This document shows, one piece after another, positions 9,249-18,968 of a stretch of DNA of 34,580 bases. Below the pieces are notes generated by a model that worked only from the letters and a program-made list of their open reading frames with translations, ran no database searches and was not told where the DNA came from. The stretch's first letter is position 1. Every line of letters begins with the position of its first letter. The DNA lies in sequence record SRR2962707_1538; one strand, given 5' to 3'. Made by a program: the position numbers and the translations under genes.

Positions 9249-10598
9249 TCAAGCCATCAGGGCTTTGTGAATGCTTTCGGCCGCGATCTTGCCGTCTTCG
9301 ACCGAGACCACGGTGAGGTCTTCGCCACCGGTGACGCAGTCTCCGCCAGCCCAGATCTTGGGATGCGAAGTGCGGCGGTCGGCAGCGGTGCGGATCCGGC
9401 CTTTTTCCAGCTCGATCGACATGATTGCCAGCGGATCTGCGTCCGGCGTCTGGCCGATGGCCTTGAACACCTGGTCGGCTTGAAGTGTCACCAGTTCTCC
9501 GGTGCCGGTCAGTTTGCCGGAGACGTCGAGTTCGGTCTTTTCCATGACGATGGCTTTGACGGCTCCATCCGAGACTTCGAGGCTCGTCGGCATCATCCAG
9601 TAACGGATGGAGACACCATGGGTCTGGGCCAATTCCTGCTCGTAGAGCGAGGCATTCATGTGCTCCTGACCACGGCGATAGGCGACGGTTACTTCCTCAG
9701 CGCCCAGCAGCTTTGACTGCATGGCTGCATCGATCGCGGTCATGCCGCCGCCGATGACAACGACACGGCGGCCAATTTCAAGCTGGGAGAGGTCTTCAGC
9801 CTGACGCAGCACCGCAATGAAATCGACAGCGTCGATGACGCCGGCGGCATCTTCATTGTCGAGACCCAGTGCGTTGACGCCGGGAAGGCCGACGCCGAGA
9901 AAAACCGCATCGAAATCGGCGGATAGCTGATCGAGGGTGATGTCTCTGCCGAGCGCCTTGCCGTTCTCGATGGTGATGCCGCCGATCTGCAGGATGAATT
10001 CGACTTCATCCTGGGCAAAATCATTGGTCGTCTTGTAGGACGCGATGCCATACTCGTTGAGGCCGCCGGCTTTCTCACGCGCTTCGTAGACGGTGACGTC
10101 GTGGCCGTGGGTGGCGAGGCGATGGGCGCAGGAGAGCCCTGCCGGGCCGGCGCCGATGACTGCAATTCTCTTGCCGGTCGGGGCGGCGCGGGTGAACGGA
10201 TGCGGTTGCTCGCGTTCCATGAAGGTGTCGGTGGCGTAGCGCTGCAGCAGTCCGATCTTGACCGGCTTGCCTTCGGCGGTTTCGCGCACGCAGACCTCTT
10301 CACAAAGGGTCTCGGTCGGGCAAACACGGGCGCACATGCCGCCCATGATGTTCTCTTCAAAAATGGTCTTGGCTGAGCCGACCGGGTTTGCTGCCTGGAT
10401 CTTGCGGATGAACATCGGAATGTCGATCGATGTCGGGCAGGCCGTCATGCACGGGGCATCGTAGCAAAAATAGCAGCGATCCGCCTCGACAAACGCTTCA
10501 TGCGGCGTCAGTGGCGGATGGATGTCGGAAAAGTTTTCGGCGTAGTCAGCGCTGGAAAGGCGCTTTGCCTTCACATCGTTTGTCTCGGACGCAGTCAT
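9249..10598 (-). CDS. preT: Dihydropyrimidine dehydrogenase subunit PreT (PydX, GltD-like)
   Basis: RCYFCYDAPC, CARVCP, GAGPAG and GGGMTAID motifs; immediately upstream of preA. Confidence 0.93.
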   Translation of the reverse strand: MTASETNDVKAKRLSSADYAENFSDIHPPLTPHEAFVEADRCYFCYDAPCMTACPTSIDIPMFIRKIQAANPVGSAKTIFEENIMGGMCARVCPTETLCEEVCVRETAEGKPVKIGLLQRYATDTFMEREQPHPFTRAAPTGKRIAVIGAGPAGLSCAHRLATHGHDVTVYEAREKAGGLNEYGIASYKTTNDFAQDEVEFILQIGGITIENGKALGRDITLDQLSADFDAVFLGVGLPGVNALGLDNEDAAGVIDAVDFIAVLRQAEDLSQLEIGRRVVVIGGGMTAIDAAMQSKLLGAEEVTVAYRRGQEHMNASLYEQELAQTHGVSIRYWMMPTSLEVSDGAVKAIVMEKTELDVSGKLTGTGELVTLQADQVFKAIGQTPDADPLAIMSIELEKGRIRTAADRRTSHPKIWAGGDCVTGGEDLTVVSVEDGKIAAESIHKALMA

Positions 10599-10695
10599 CA
10601 GGACCCCTCTCGTTTGCGAGAACCTCTTTTGCGGTCTTTTTAAGGGGCAACTCCTCAGCGCCCCTTTCGCCGCGATTTAGGGAGAATGGAGCCGT

Positions 10696-10731
10696 TTTAT
10701 CAAAAGGTCAAATTTTTTATCAAATGATCAA
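10696..10731. promoter_or_regulatory. Tandem RutR/PydR-like boxes upstream of preT
   Basis: TTTATCAAAAGGTCAA (10696-10711) and TTTATCAAATGATCAA (10716-10731). The reverse complement of the 1712 box is TTTATCAAACAGTCAA. Confidence 0.72.
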
Positions 10732-10804
10732 AAATTGACTTTTTGCCTCAACATTGCGCTTCGGTCAAAGCCCGGTAAATATGCAGCCAACCAAGGAGCT
10801 TGCC

Positions 10805-11635
10805 GTGACAGATTACCCGATCGCCGATTATGATGACGCATACGCCAATGGCGCTCACATTGAGGGTGCAGCCGATTTTCCGCCACGCTGGGCTGCCAAC
10901 GCGCAGGCGTTCCGCGAGGCGTTGAGCAAAGCGGGGAGGGCGCGTCTTGATGTCGAATACGGGACAGCCACAAGCAACCATCTTGACCTTTTCATGCCCG
11001 AAGGTGCGCCCAGGGGATTGGCGGTGTTTGTTCACGGCGGATACTGGAAGGCCTTCGACAAATCCTTCTGGTCGCATCTGGCGGCAGGGCCGCTGGCGCA
11101 CGGCTTCGCTGTGGCGATGCCGAGTTACACGCTCTGCCCTGAAAACCGGATTGCGGGGATTGGCCGCGAAATCGCGGCAGCAGTCAGTCTGGCTGCTGGC
11201 GAGGTGGCCGGGCCAATCCGGCTTACAGGGCATTCCGCCGGCGGGCAGCTGGTGACGCGGCTGATCAGCGGTTCGCCGCTGCTCTCAGACGAGGTGCTGG
11301 GCCGTATCGCAGGCGTGACCTCGATTTCCGGTGTTCACGACCTCAGGCCGCTGCAGCGCACCGAGATGAACGAGGCTTTGAAAATTGATGCGGCTGAAGC
11401 ACAGTCGGAAAGCCCGGTGCTTCTGGCGCCGCTGGCACCGGTTGCGGTTCATGCATGGGTCGGGGCAGACGAACGGCCGGAGTTCGTTCGCCAGAACCGG
11501 GCGCTTTACGAGATGTGGCGCGGGTTTGAGACGCCGATGCATTTGCATGAAGAGCCAGGCAAGCATCATTTCAATGTCATTGACGGGCTCGGTGATGCCG
11601 ATCACCCGCTCTGTCGTGTCTTCATGGGGCTGTAG
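10805..11635 (+). CDS. Alpha/beta hydrolase (arylformamidase/HSL-like esterase)
   Basis: HGGYW oxyanion motif, GHSAGG nucleophile and HHFNVI His. GTG start at 10805 after AAGGAG. Confidence 0.85.
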   Translation: MTDYPIADYDDAYANGAHIEGAADFPPRWAANAQAFREALSKAGRARLDVEYGTATSNHLDLFMPEGAPRGLAVFVHGGYWKAFDKSFWSHLAAGPLAHGFAVAMPSYTLCPENRIAGIGREIAAAVSLAAGEVAGPIRLTGHSAGGQLVTRLISGSPLLSDEVLGRIAGVTSISGVHDLRPLQRTEMNEALKIDAAEAQSESPVLLAPLAPVAVHAWVGADERPEFVRQNRALYEMWRGFETPMHLHEEPGKHHFNVIDGLGDADHPLCRVFMGL

Positions 11636-11781
11636 AGCTGGCGTCGTTGAAGGCGAGTGAGCTTGCTAGACGGCGAGATTAAGCAAATGTTCATGACAAT
11701 CTTCTAATTTGCCTGCCTCAGCATATGCCTTGCGACCAACAGGGCCGTCGTCCTTCCCGATCACACAATCCGGAAACAGCC

Positions 11782-14052
11782 ATGACGCATTCCAGGGCCA
11801 TGACGGGCCTACTCGCTCTGCTGGCAATCAATGTCATGCAAATGGACGCCGCAGCCAACGAGATGCTGCCTGATCCGGCATTTTCTCAATCTGCAGTGGT
11901 TGGAGAATGGTGGGCCACGCCAAACATCAAATTCGAGTACAAAGCCGGCGCGCTTTGCGGTCTGGTGGCCGGCGGCACTGAAAAACCATGGGATGCGATC
12001 CTCGGCCTCAACGGCCTGACGTTGAGAAAAGGCGAGCAATATCGCATGTCGGTCACAGTGTCGGGGGACCCGGCCGGGCCGATGCGGGCATTGGCGCAGA
12101 AGGGTGTAGAGCCCTGGACCCCGGAAGTGGAGATCAAGCGCCGGCTGAGCCCGGACAAACAAACCGTGAGCGAGGATTTCACAGCCAAGGATACGCACAC
12201 CCAGGCTCAACTGGTTTTCCAGCTTGGCGGGGCCGATGAGAGCTGGCGTTTTTGTCTGCATTCGGCGTCTTTGCAATCCGGCCAGAAGCCTGCGGCAAAG
12301 ACTGCTTCGACCCGCACTTCGGCGATCCGTGTCAATCAGCTGGCCTATTTTCCGAATGGCCCGAAGCACGCGACTTTGGTGCGCAAGGGCCGTTCGAGCG
12401 CCAGTTGGAAGCTGGTCTCGGCTTCTGGCGAAACAGTGGCGTCGGGGAGCAGCAAGGCTGCTGGTCGGGATGCATCCTCGGGACTTGAGGTTCACACCAT
12501 CGACTTCAGCGGATTCCGCGGGAAAGGCGATGGCTACCGGCTGGTTGTGGACACTGACACAAGCCCACCCTTCTCCATTTCTGACCGTGCCTATGAAAGC
12601 CTGCGGGCAGACGCGCTGAGCTATTTCTACAAAGTGCGCAGCGGCGTTGAGATCAAGGAAAAATATGCGGGAAAGGGCTACGGCCGCCCGGCCGGGCATC
12701 TGGGCAAACCGCCCAACCAGGGAGATACCTCGGTAGGCTGCGTGGATGCTCGCACGGCACGAAAAGTCTACGGCAAATCCTGGAGCTGTGACTACCGGCT
12801 CAACGTTGCCGGCGGCTGGTACGATGCAGGTGACTTTGGCAAATATGTCGTCAATGGCGGAATAGCAGCGGCACAGTTGCTTGGCGTTTACGAGAGGGCG
12901 CTACACCGCGGCCGCGGCAAATCACCGGCGGTTACGGATTCTCTTGCGCGTATTCCGGAGGCAGGAAACGGCATTCCCGACATTCTCGATGAAGCGCGAT
13001 GGGAGCTCAATTTCCTGATGTCGATGAGGGTTCCGGAGGGTGAAACCTATGCCGGGATGGCGCACCACAAGGTCCACGGCAACAGCTGGGCGTCGTCGCC
13101 CAGTTTTCCGCACCGTGACCGGGAATTGCGCGTTCTGCACAGGCCGTCGACAGCTGCCACACTCAATCTGGCTGCAGCCGCGGCGCAAGGTGCGCGTCTT
13201 TTCGCTCCGTTTGACAAGGCCTATTCGAATTGGTTGCTGGTGGGTGCAATCCGGGCTTATGGCGCCGCGGAAGCCAATCCGGCAGTCTATGCACCTCACA
13301 CCGATGGCAGTTTCGGCGGTGGCGACTACCAGGACGATGATGTCAGCGACGAATTCTATTGGGCGGCGTCGGAACTGTATCTGAGCACGGGAGACAAGGT
13401 CTGGCTTGATCGCGCAAAGGCTTCACCTCATTGGGACGGTCCGGTTTTCCACCCCACAGGCTTTGACTGGCGCTCGGTTGCGGCGCTCGGACGCATTCAG
13501 CTTGCCGCGGTTCCATCAAAACTGCCAATGCGCGATCTCAAGACGGTGCAATCCTCAGTCAGGGATGCAGCCGAGGGGTATCTGCGGGACCAGCGAAAAG
13601 AGGCGTTCGGCTTCATGTATCATCCCAAACGGTTCGGCTGGGGGTCGAACCATTTGCTGATGCAGAACATGATCGTTGTCGCCACCGCTTACGATATTAC
13701 CGGCGACAAGCGCTATCTGCAGGCAGTTAGGGAGAGCATGGACTATATACTCGGACGCAATGCGCTCGGGATATCCTATGTCACCGGCTACGGCACGACC
13801 TACGCCCAGCGGCAGCATTCCAACATGTTCGCGGCCTCAATCGATCCATCGTACCCAGCAGTGCCCAAAGGTGCGATTGCCGGCGGTCCAAACAGCGGGC
13901 TTGCCGACGATTATGCCATCAGCAAGCTGAAGGGATGCGCGCCGCAGACCTGTTATGTCGACGATGCGCGCTCTTATTCGACCAACGAAATCGCCATCAA
14001 CTGGAACGCGCCACTGGTTTGGATGGCTTCGTTTCTGGCTGATACCCCGTAA
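11782..14052 (+). CDS. Secreted glycoside hydrolase family 9 endoglucanase (signal peptide-CBM4-Ig-GH9)
   Basis: N-terminal hydrophobic signal; CBM4-like LCG...KPWDAIL; Ig-like IRVNQLAY; GH9 motifs GGWYDAGDFGKY, DEFYWAASELY, YVTGYG and YSTNEIAINWNA. Start is 11782 or 11800. Confidence 0.9.
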   Translation: MTHSRAMTGLLALLAINVMQMDAAANEMLPDPAFSQSAVVGEWWATPNIKFEYKAGALCGLVAGGTEKPWDAILGLNGLTLRKGEQYRMSVTVSGDPAGPMRALAQKGVEPWTPEVEIKRRLSPDKQTVSEDFTAKDTHTQAQLVFQLGGADESWRFCLHSASLQSGQKPAAKTASTRTSAIRVNQLAYFPNGPKHATLVRKGRSSASWKLVSASGETVASGSSKAAGRDASSGLEVHTIDFSGFRGKGDGYRLVVDTDTSPPFSISDRAYESLRADALSYFYKVRSGVEIKEKYAGKGYGRPAGHLGKPPNQGDTSVGCVDARTARKVYGKSWSCDYRLNVAGGWYDAGDFGKYVVNGGIAAAQLLGVYERALHRGRGKSPAVTDSLARIPEAGNGIPDILDEARWELNFLMSMRVPEGETYAGMAHHKVHGNSWASSPSFPHRDRELRVLHRPSTAATLNLAAAAAQGARLFAPFDKAYSNWLLVGAIRAYGAAEANPAVYAPHTDGSFGGGDYQDDDVSDEFYWAASELYLSTGDKVWLDRAKASPHWDGPVFHPTGFDWRSVAALGRIQLAAVPSKLPMRDLKTVQSSVRDAAEGYLRDQRKEAFGFMYHPKRFGWGSNHLLMQNMIVVATAYDITGDKRYLQAVRESMDYILGRNALGISYVTGYGTTYAQRQHSNMFAASIDPSYPAVPKGAIAGGPNSGLADDYAISKLKGCAPQTCYVDDARSYSTNEIAINWNAPLVWMASFLADTP

Positions 14053-14124
14053 GCACTTGATAGGCGCCGATGTGCCGGAAGCCGTTTCACGGCTGGTTTG
14101 CTCCAGCCGGAGCGCCCGAGCACA

Positions 14125-14829
14125 TCACCAGGGAAGAGAGTTGCCCTGGTAATCATAAAAGCCGCCGGTCTGTGCCGGTGTGAGACGGTCGAGCACGCTG
14201 ATCAGTTGTGCGGCGGCTTGCCCTGGTTGGCGCACAGTCAGGCCAGACTTGGCAAAATCCGATGACAATCCGGTGTCGACTGTCCCGGGGTGCAAAGCGA
14301 CACAGATGGCTTCAGGTTTCTGACGCGCCAGCTCTATTGCCGCGGTGTGAACCAGCTGATTGAGCGCAGCCTTGGAGGCGCGGTAACTGTACCAGCCGCC
14401 CAGCGCATTGTCGCCGATCGAGCCCACCTTGGCGGAGAGTGTCGCGAACACCGATCTGCCGTGCCGCGGCAACAACGGAAGGAAATGCTTCATCAGCAAG
14501 GCGGGGCCCACAGCATTGACCGCAAAGGCGTGGGTCATGTTCTCAGCGGAGATGGCAGTAAGGGATTTTTCCGGCGCGAAGCCATTGCCATGCAAGACGC
14601 CGGTTGCATCAAACACCAGACGCAGATCGGTTTGCCGTGTTTTCAGCGAGGTTGCGGCGCGGGCAATGCTTTGCTCATCGAGAAGGTCAATCGCCGGCTC
14701 TGAGCTGCGCGAAAAACTGATTACCTCTGTGAAGGCCCCGGACTGCTCCAATGCTGCAATCATTGCGGCCCCGATCCCGCCGTTGCCGCCGATGACAACC
14801 GCGCTTCCACCTGTTGGGTGCTGTTGCAT
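14125..14829 (-). CDS. SDR oxidoreductase, CsgA/C-factor-like
   Basis: PEKSL, SAKVGSIGDNALGGWYSYRASKAALN and LHPGTVDT motifs. Confidence 0.88.
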   Translation of the reverse strand: MQQHPTGGSAVVIGGNGGIGAAMIAALEQSGAFTEVISFSRSSEPAIDLLDEQSIARAATSLKTRQTDLRLVFDATGVLHGNGFAPEKSLTAISAENMTHAFAVNAVGPALLMKHFLPLLPRHGRSVFATLSAKVGSIGDNALGGWYSYRASKAALNQLVHTAAIELARQKPEAICVALHPGTVDTGLSSDFAKSGLTVRQPGQAAAQLISVLDRLTPAQTGGFYDYQGNSLPW

Positions 14830-14879
14830 GCCGATGCTCCCTTCACACGGTTCGGATTGCTGTTCGAGGCGTCACCACC

Positions 14880-15833
14880 TCATCCGGCGTGACGGGTCAT
14901 TGCCATCATGTAGTCGGCCATGAACATCTGCGGATCGGTGTCGACCATGACCAGATGATCTGGTCTTCCATCAAAGCAGCGGGCACGGCTATGCGTGCCG
15001 CCAGGCTGGAACAGGGTCTGGCCAATGGCCGGGCCATCGGTGACAACGCCAAGAGCGCCTTTTTGCAGCCGGAAAGCGCCTGGAACCGTCAACCAGGACA
15101 ACGCCATCACATCGTGTGGGACGCAGCCCCCAAGGCCTTGGTGGGAACGGTAGAACCGGGAGTAGAATTTGGCCATGGCTGCCAGCGGCTTGCCGAGTTT
15201 CGGATTCTCTTCCGCCAGCGCCTGCATGAAATCAGGCGTGAACAGTACAGGCATGGTGCAATCGAGTGGTGCCAGAACCAGAGGCCAGGATGCTCCCAGA
15301 ACCGCGTCTGCCGCGTGGGGATCGTTCCAGAAATTTGCCTCGGCAACCGGCGTGACATTGCCCTTGCGATGTACGGCGCCACCCATCACCACCACCGACT
15401 TGAGGCGGTCTACGACTTCCTGGTCGCGCTCAAGCAATCTGGCCAGATTGGTCAAGGGTCCGACCGCGCACAGCACGATTTCGCCGGGATGGCGTTTGGT
15501 GGCCTCGATGATGTAGTCGACCGCGCCGAGCGCATGCTTGCTTCGCGACGAAGCCGGGATATCGACCCCGCCAAATCCGTTGCGACCGTGCACCAGATAG
15601 CCTGGTTCATTGGCGGGCATTGAAACCGGCGCGCCTTCGCCTTCGGCGACATCCGCATCCGAATCCCAATGCTCAAGCAGGGCCAGTGCATTGCGCGTTG
15701 CTTCATGGGTTCGGACGTTGCCAAAGATCGTGGTCAGGGCCAGCAGCTCAATATCCGGGTGAGCGATGGCATAGGCAATGGCCATGGCATCGTCGATTCC
15801 GGGATCGGTATCCAATATAACTTTGTGCTTCAT
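14880..15833 (-). CDS. Inosine/uridine-preferring nucleoside hydrolase
   Basis: DTDPGIDDAMA N-terminal motif, GPLTN, AEANFWNDPHAA and PHD. True start is MKHK at 15833, not 16301. Confidence 0.92.
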   Translation of the reverse strand: MKHKVILDTDPGIDDAMAIAYAIAHPDIELLALTTIFGNVRTHEATRNALALLEHWDSDADVAEGEGAPVSMPANEPGYLVHGRNGFGGVDIPASSRSKHALGAVDYIIEATKRHPGEIVLCAVGPLTNLARLLERDQEVVDRLKSVVVMGGAVHRKGNVTPVAEANFWNDPHAADAVLGASWPLVLAPLDCTMPVLFTPDFMQALAEENPKLGKPLAAMAKFYSRFYRSHQGLGGCVPHDVMALSWLTVPGAFRLQKGALGVVTDGPAIGQTLFQPGGTHSRARCFDGRPDHLVMVDTDPQMFMADYMMAMTRHAG

Positions 15834-15979
15834 GGTGTGCTTCCTGCTGTCCGGGATCTCCATTGCCACGGCCAGCCCCCAGTCACAAGACAACAGGCCG
15901 GCGAGGTAAGGCCGGAGCAAGATTGTTTGTGCATTTTCGCCAGCGACCGGCGGCATGGCAGGATTTCCTGTCGTCGCTT

Positions 15980-16021
15980 GACGGGCGTTGTCCTCGCCGG
16001 ATAACGCCCGTCTGCTTTTTT
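15980..16021 (+). terminator. Orphan rho-independent terminator in a divergent intergenic region
   Basis: GACGGGCGTTGTCC-tcgcc-GGATAACGCCCGTC (14-bp stem, one G-U) followed by TGCTTTTTT. Confidence 0.6.
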
Positions 16022-16252
16022 GGCTCATGTCCAGCGGCCCGCGCGCCTGCATGGCCCAGCCCGACCGCGTCATCGAAGGTTCTTCATTCCAGGCCCGAAT
16101 CACAGTGCCACAAGTGCTGAATTTTGTATGGCAGATGCGTAGCCGGCTTTTGATTTTGTGAGAGTTGCATGCGGGTTTACATGGCCAAAAGCCCGCTTTG
16201 CTTGCGAATTGCATTATAAAATTAGCATAAATTAATATGAATCCGATATTTC

Positions 16253-16267
16253 TTAACTCTGCATTAA
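16253..16267. promoter_or_regulatory. CtrA-binding box upstream of the periplasmic protein/MCP operon
   Basis: Exact TTAA-CTCTGCA-TTAA (TTAA-N7-TTAA) in an AT-rich promoter, 37 bp before the ATG at 16304. Confidence 0.6.
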
Positions 16268-16303
16268 AAAAAATGGTCCAGATGTTATGAAAAGGAGACA
16301 ATC

Positions 16304-16909
16304 ATGGGCCTTACAAAAAACATATTCGCTGCTGCCGTTTTTGGTGCGATGATCTCGCCAGCGTCTGCGGAGACCGCCAAGCCAAACATCGCCAGCCTGA
16401 TCACACCTTCTGTCGTGGAAGATATGCGTCAGTTGATCGAGACCGACATCGTGCGGATTTCGATCCAGGCGCAGAATGAGCGCCTGAAGAAGCTGCCGCA
16501 GGATCAGATCGACGCACTGGACAAGCAGTGGCGCGAAGAGCGCGAAGGCGACGACAAACCGCTGATCGCTGCAACCCTGTCGAACCCGCTTTCGGTTTAT
16601 CTTGTCCGCCTGCAGGGCAAATCGCTCGGCCTTTATGCCGAAATCTTCGTGATGGACCAGAACGGTCTTAATGTCGGGCAAAGCTCGATTACAGGAGATT
16701 TCTGGCAGGGTGACGAAGCCAAATTCCAAAAGACCTACGATGTTTCCGGCGATGCGCTGTTTGTCGATGAGCCCGAGTGGGACGCAGATAACAACATCTG
16801 GCGCGGGCAGGTCAGCTTCACGATTACGGAAGCAGACAAATCAATTGGCGCCGTGACGATGGAAGTCAATCTGACGGAACTCGAGCGCCGCGCAGCCGCA
16901 GGTGCATGA
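16304..16909 (+). CDS. Periplasmic protein, stand-alone Cache/PDC-like sensor domain
   Basis: AAAGGAG RBS and cleavable signal (ASA-E), with no second TM segment. EIFVMDQNGLNVG...DFWQGDEAKFQ...FVDEPEWD...IGAVT resembles a Cache sensor fold. Confidence 0.7.
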   Translation: MGLTKNIFAAAVFGAMISPASAETAKPNIASLITPSVVEDMRQLIETDIVRISIQAQNERLKKLPQDQIDALDKQWREEREGDDKPLIAATLSNPLSVYLVRLQGKSLGLYAEIFVMDQNGLNVGQSSITGDFWQGDEAKFQKTYDVSGDALFVDEPEWDADNNIWRGQVSFTITEADKSIGAVTMEVNLTELERRAAAGA

Positions 16910-16986
16910 CGCAGCATAGCTAATCAGCGTCGTGATGCCCCTCAGTCTTGAGGTCGCGACCCACCAGACACAACAGGACTTGTAAC

Positions 16987-18930
16987 ATGCTCAAGAATAT
17001 ATCGGTCAGCACCAAGGGATTCGCGGCTTTTGCCATCCTCGCTTTCATTGCGATTGCCGCCTCCGGATTCATCTACACCCGCGCGGTCACTGCGACCCAT
17101 CTTGTCGAGCACAGCCACTCCATGGGTGAGTTGCTGAGCCAGACGTCGGAACTGACCGATAGTGTCAATCAGGCCAACCTTTCCCTGAAGAACTTCCTGC
17201 TGACGGGCAACAGGGATTTCGTCGCTGAATACAAGTCCACCAGTGCGAATATTGATACGCTGGTGACAGATCTCGGCGCGGTCTATGCCGATCATTCAGC
17301 CCACAATATCCCCATGCTGACAGAAGCCGAGGCGGTCCTTGCCAATTGGCGCACCTCTGTGGTCGACCGGCAGATCAGCCTGATGCGCGATCCGATGACG
17401 GTTGAATTGGCACGTGTGCTTGAATTGACCGGCGAAGGCTCAAAGCTGCTCAGCGAATTCAATACGAAAATTGCAACCGTAACGGACGATATCCGGGCCG
17501 ACTCGCAGGCTGCATCTGTGGAACAAATGTCTGCACTTTCGACCGTGGAATTCATCGCCATGGCCGCGTCGATCGTTGTCGCACTTGTGGCTGCGGGGAT
17601 GGGGTTCTTGAACTTCCAGCTGGTTTCCCGCCCGCTCAGCCGTCTGGCCGATGTAACGGCACGGCTGGCCAATGGCGAACTTGACGTGACAATCGACAAG
17701 GGCGGCAAGGACGAGATCGGCAGGATGGCTGAATCCATGCAGGTCTTCCGTGAAGCCGGAATCGCCAATCAGCGTTTGCAGGTTGAAGCGGAAGAAAACC
17801 GGAAGCAGGCAGAAGCAGATCGTATTGCCGCACAGGAGCAAGCCGAGTCCGATGCTGCCGCTCGTCTGAAGGTGGCCACCTCGGGTCTTGCAACAGGTCT
17901 GCAGCGTCTGGCTGCCGGTGACCTTTCGTTCCAGCTCGAAGAAGCCTTTGCACCGGATTTCGAAGCTCTGCGCCATGACTTCAACCAGTCAGTCAAGCAA
18001 TTGAGCACGACCATGGGATCGATCGCCGAGAGCGTGTCGATGATGGAAACCGGAACCCGTGAAATTGCCAACGGCACGGATGATCTCTCCAAGCGCACGG
18101 AGCGTCAGGCCGCAGCGCTTGAGGAAACCGCGGCTGCAGTCGAGGAAATCACTGCAAATGTCGTCAACTCGACCAAGCGGACGGAAGAAGCGCGCGGCGT
18201 TGCCACCCAGGCAAATTCCTCGGCGACCCAGTCCTCCGAAGTTGTCGGTCAGGCCGAAGATGCCATGCGACGGATCGAAGAGAGCTCCAAGCAGATCTCC
18301 AACATCATCGGTGTGATCGACGAAATCGCATTCCAGACCAACCTTCTGGCGCTCAACGCCGGTGTTGAAGCGGCGCGTGCCGGTGAAGCAGGCAAGGGCT
18401 TTGCGGTTGTCGCCCAGGAAGTGCGTGAACTGGCCCAGCGGTCTGCCAATGCGGCAAAGGAAATCAAGGAACTCATTCAGAACTCCTCGACGGAAGTGTC
18501 CAGCGGTGTGGATCTCGTTCGCAGGGCAAGCGAAGCACTTCGCACCATCGGCGGCTTCATCATCGACATGAACACCCACATGGATGCGATCGCGATCTCG
18601 GCCAAGGAACAGTCGACTGGGCTGTCTGAAGTCAATCAGGCTGTCAATTCGATGGACCAGACGACGCAGCAGAACGCGGCAATGGTGGAGCAATCCAATG
18701 CTGCCTCTTCGGAACTTGCAGCCGAGGCAGGAAAGCTGCGGGAGCTCATCTCGCAGTTCACCATCGATGGCTCAGCAACAGCGCAGTCGAGTGCTTTGCG
18801 CAAGACAGCCCACACCATGGCACAGGCTGGTCACACCGAAGCGCGCCGACCTGCCGCACACACTGCTCGGCCTGTTGCGCGGAGCCAGGGCAATGCCGCC
18901 GTGGCCCAGGACAGCTGGGAAGAATTCTGA
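16987..18930 (+). CDS. Methyl-accepting chemotaxis protein (CHASE3-like periplasmic domain, HAMP, MA domain)
   Basis: Two TM segments around [10 protein letters not shown] (CHASE3-like); signalling motif [35 protein letters not shown]-terminal SWEEF CheR/CheB tether. Confidence 0.95.
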   Translation: MLKNISVSTKGFAAFAILAFIAIAASGFIYTRAVTATHLVEHSHSMGELLSQTSELTDSVNQANLSLKNFLLTGNRDFVAEYKSTSANIDTLVTDLGAVYADHSAHNIPMLTEAEAVLANWRTSVVDRQISLMRDPMTVELARVLELTGEGSKLLSEFNTKIATVTDDIRADSQAASVEQMSALSTVEFIAMAASIVVALVAAGMGFLNFQLVSRPLSRLADVTARLANGELDVTIDKGGKDEIGRMAESMQVFREAGIANQRLQVEAEENRKQAEADRIAAQEQAESDAAARLKVATSGLATGLQRLAAGDLSFQLEEAFAPDFEALRHDFNQSVKQLSTTMGSIAESVSMMETGTREIANGTDDLSKRTERQAAALEETAAAVEEITANVVNSTKRTEEARGVATQANSSATQSSEVVGQAEDAMRRIEESSKQISNIIGVIDEIAFQTNLLALNAGVEAARAGEAGKGFAVVAQEVRELAQRSANAAKEIKELIQNSSTEVSSGVDLVRRASEALRTIGGFIIDMNTHMDAIAISAKEQSTGLSEVNQAVNSMDQTTQQNAAMVEQSNAASSELAAEAGKLRELISQFTIDGSATAQSSALRKTAHTMAQAGHTEARRPAAHTARPVARSQGNAAVAQDSWEEF

Positions 18931-18968
18931 GCCGGCCAACTGGCTCAGTAACTCGCTTCCAAATTGCC

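Noticed and set aside
10642-10666. Hairpin AAGGGGC...GCCCCTT in the preT leader, considered as a riboswitch or attenuator
   Set aside because: The stem is short, has no U-tract on the transcribed strand and shows no recognisable aptamer.
15834-16301. 156-codon N-terminal extension of the nucleoside hydrolase ORF in the track
   Set aside because: The family motif begins at MKHK (15833). The extension is low-quality sequence crossing the terminator and the AT-rich promoter.
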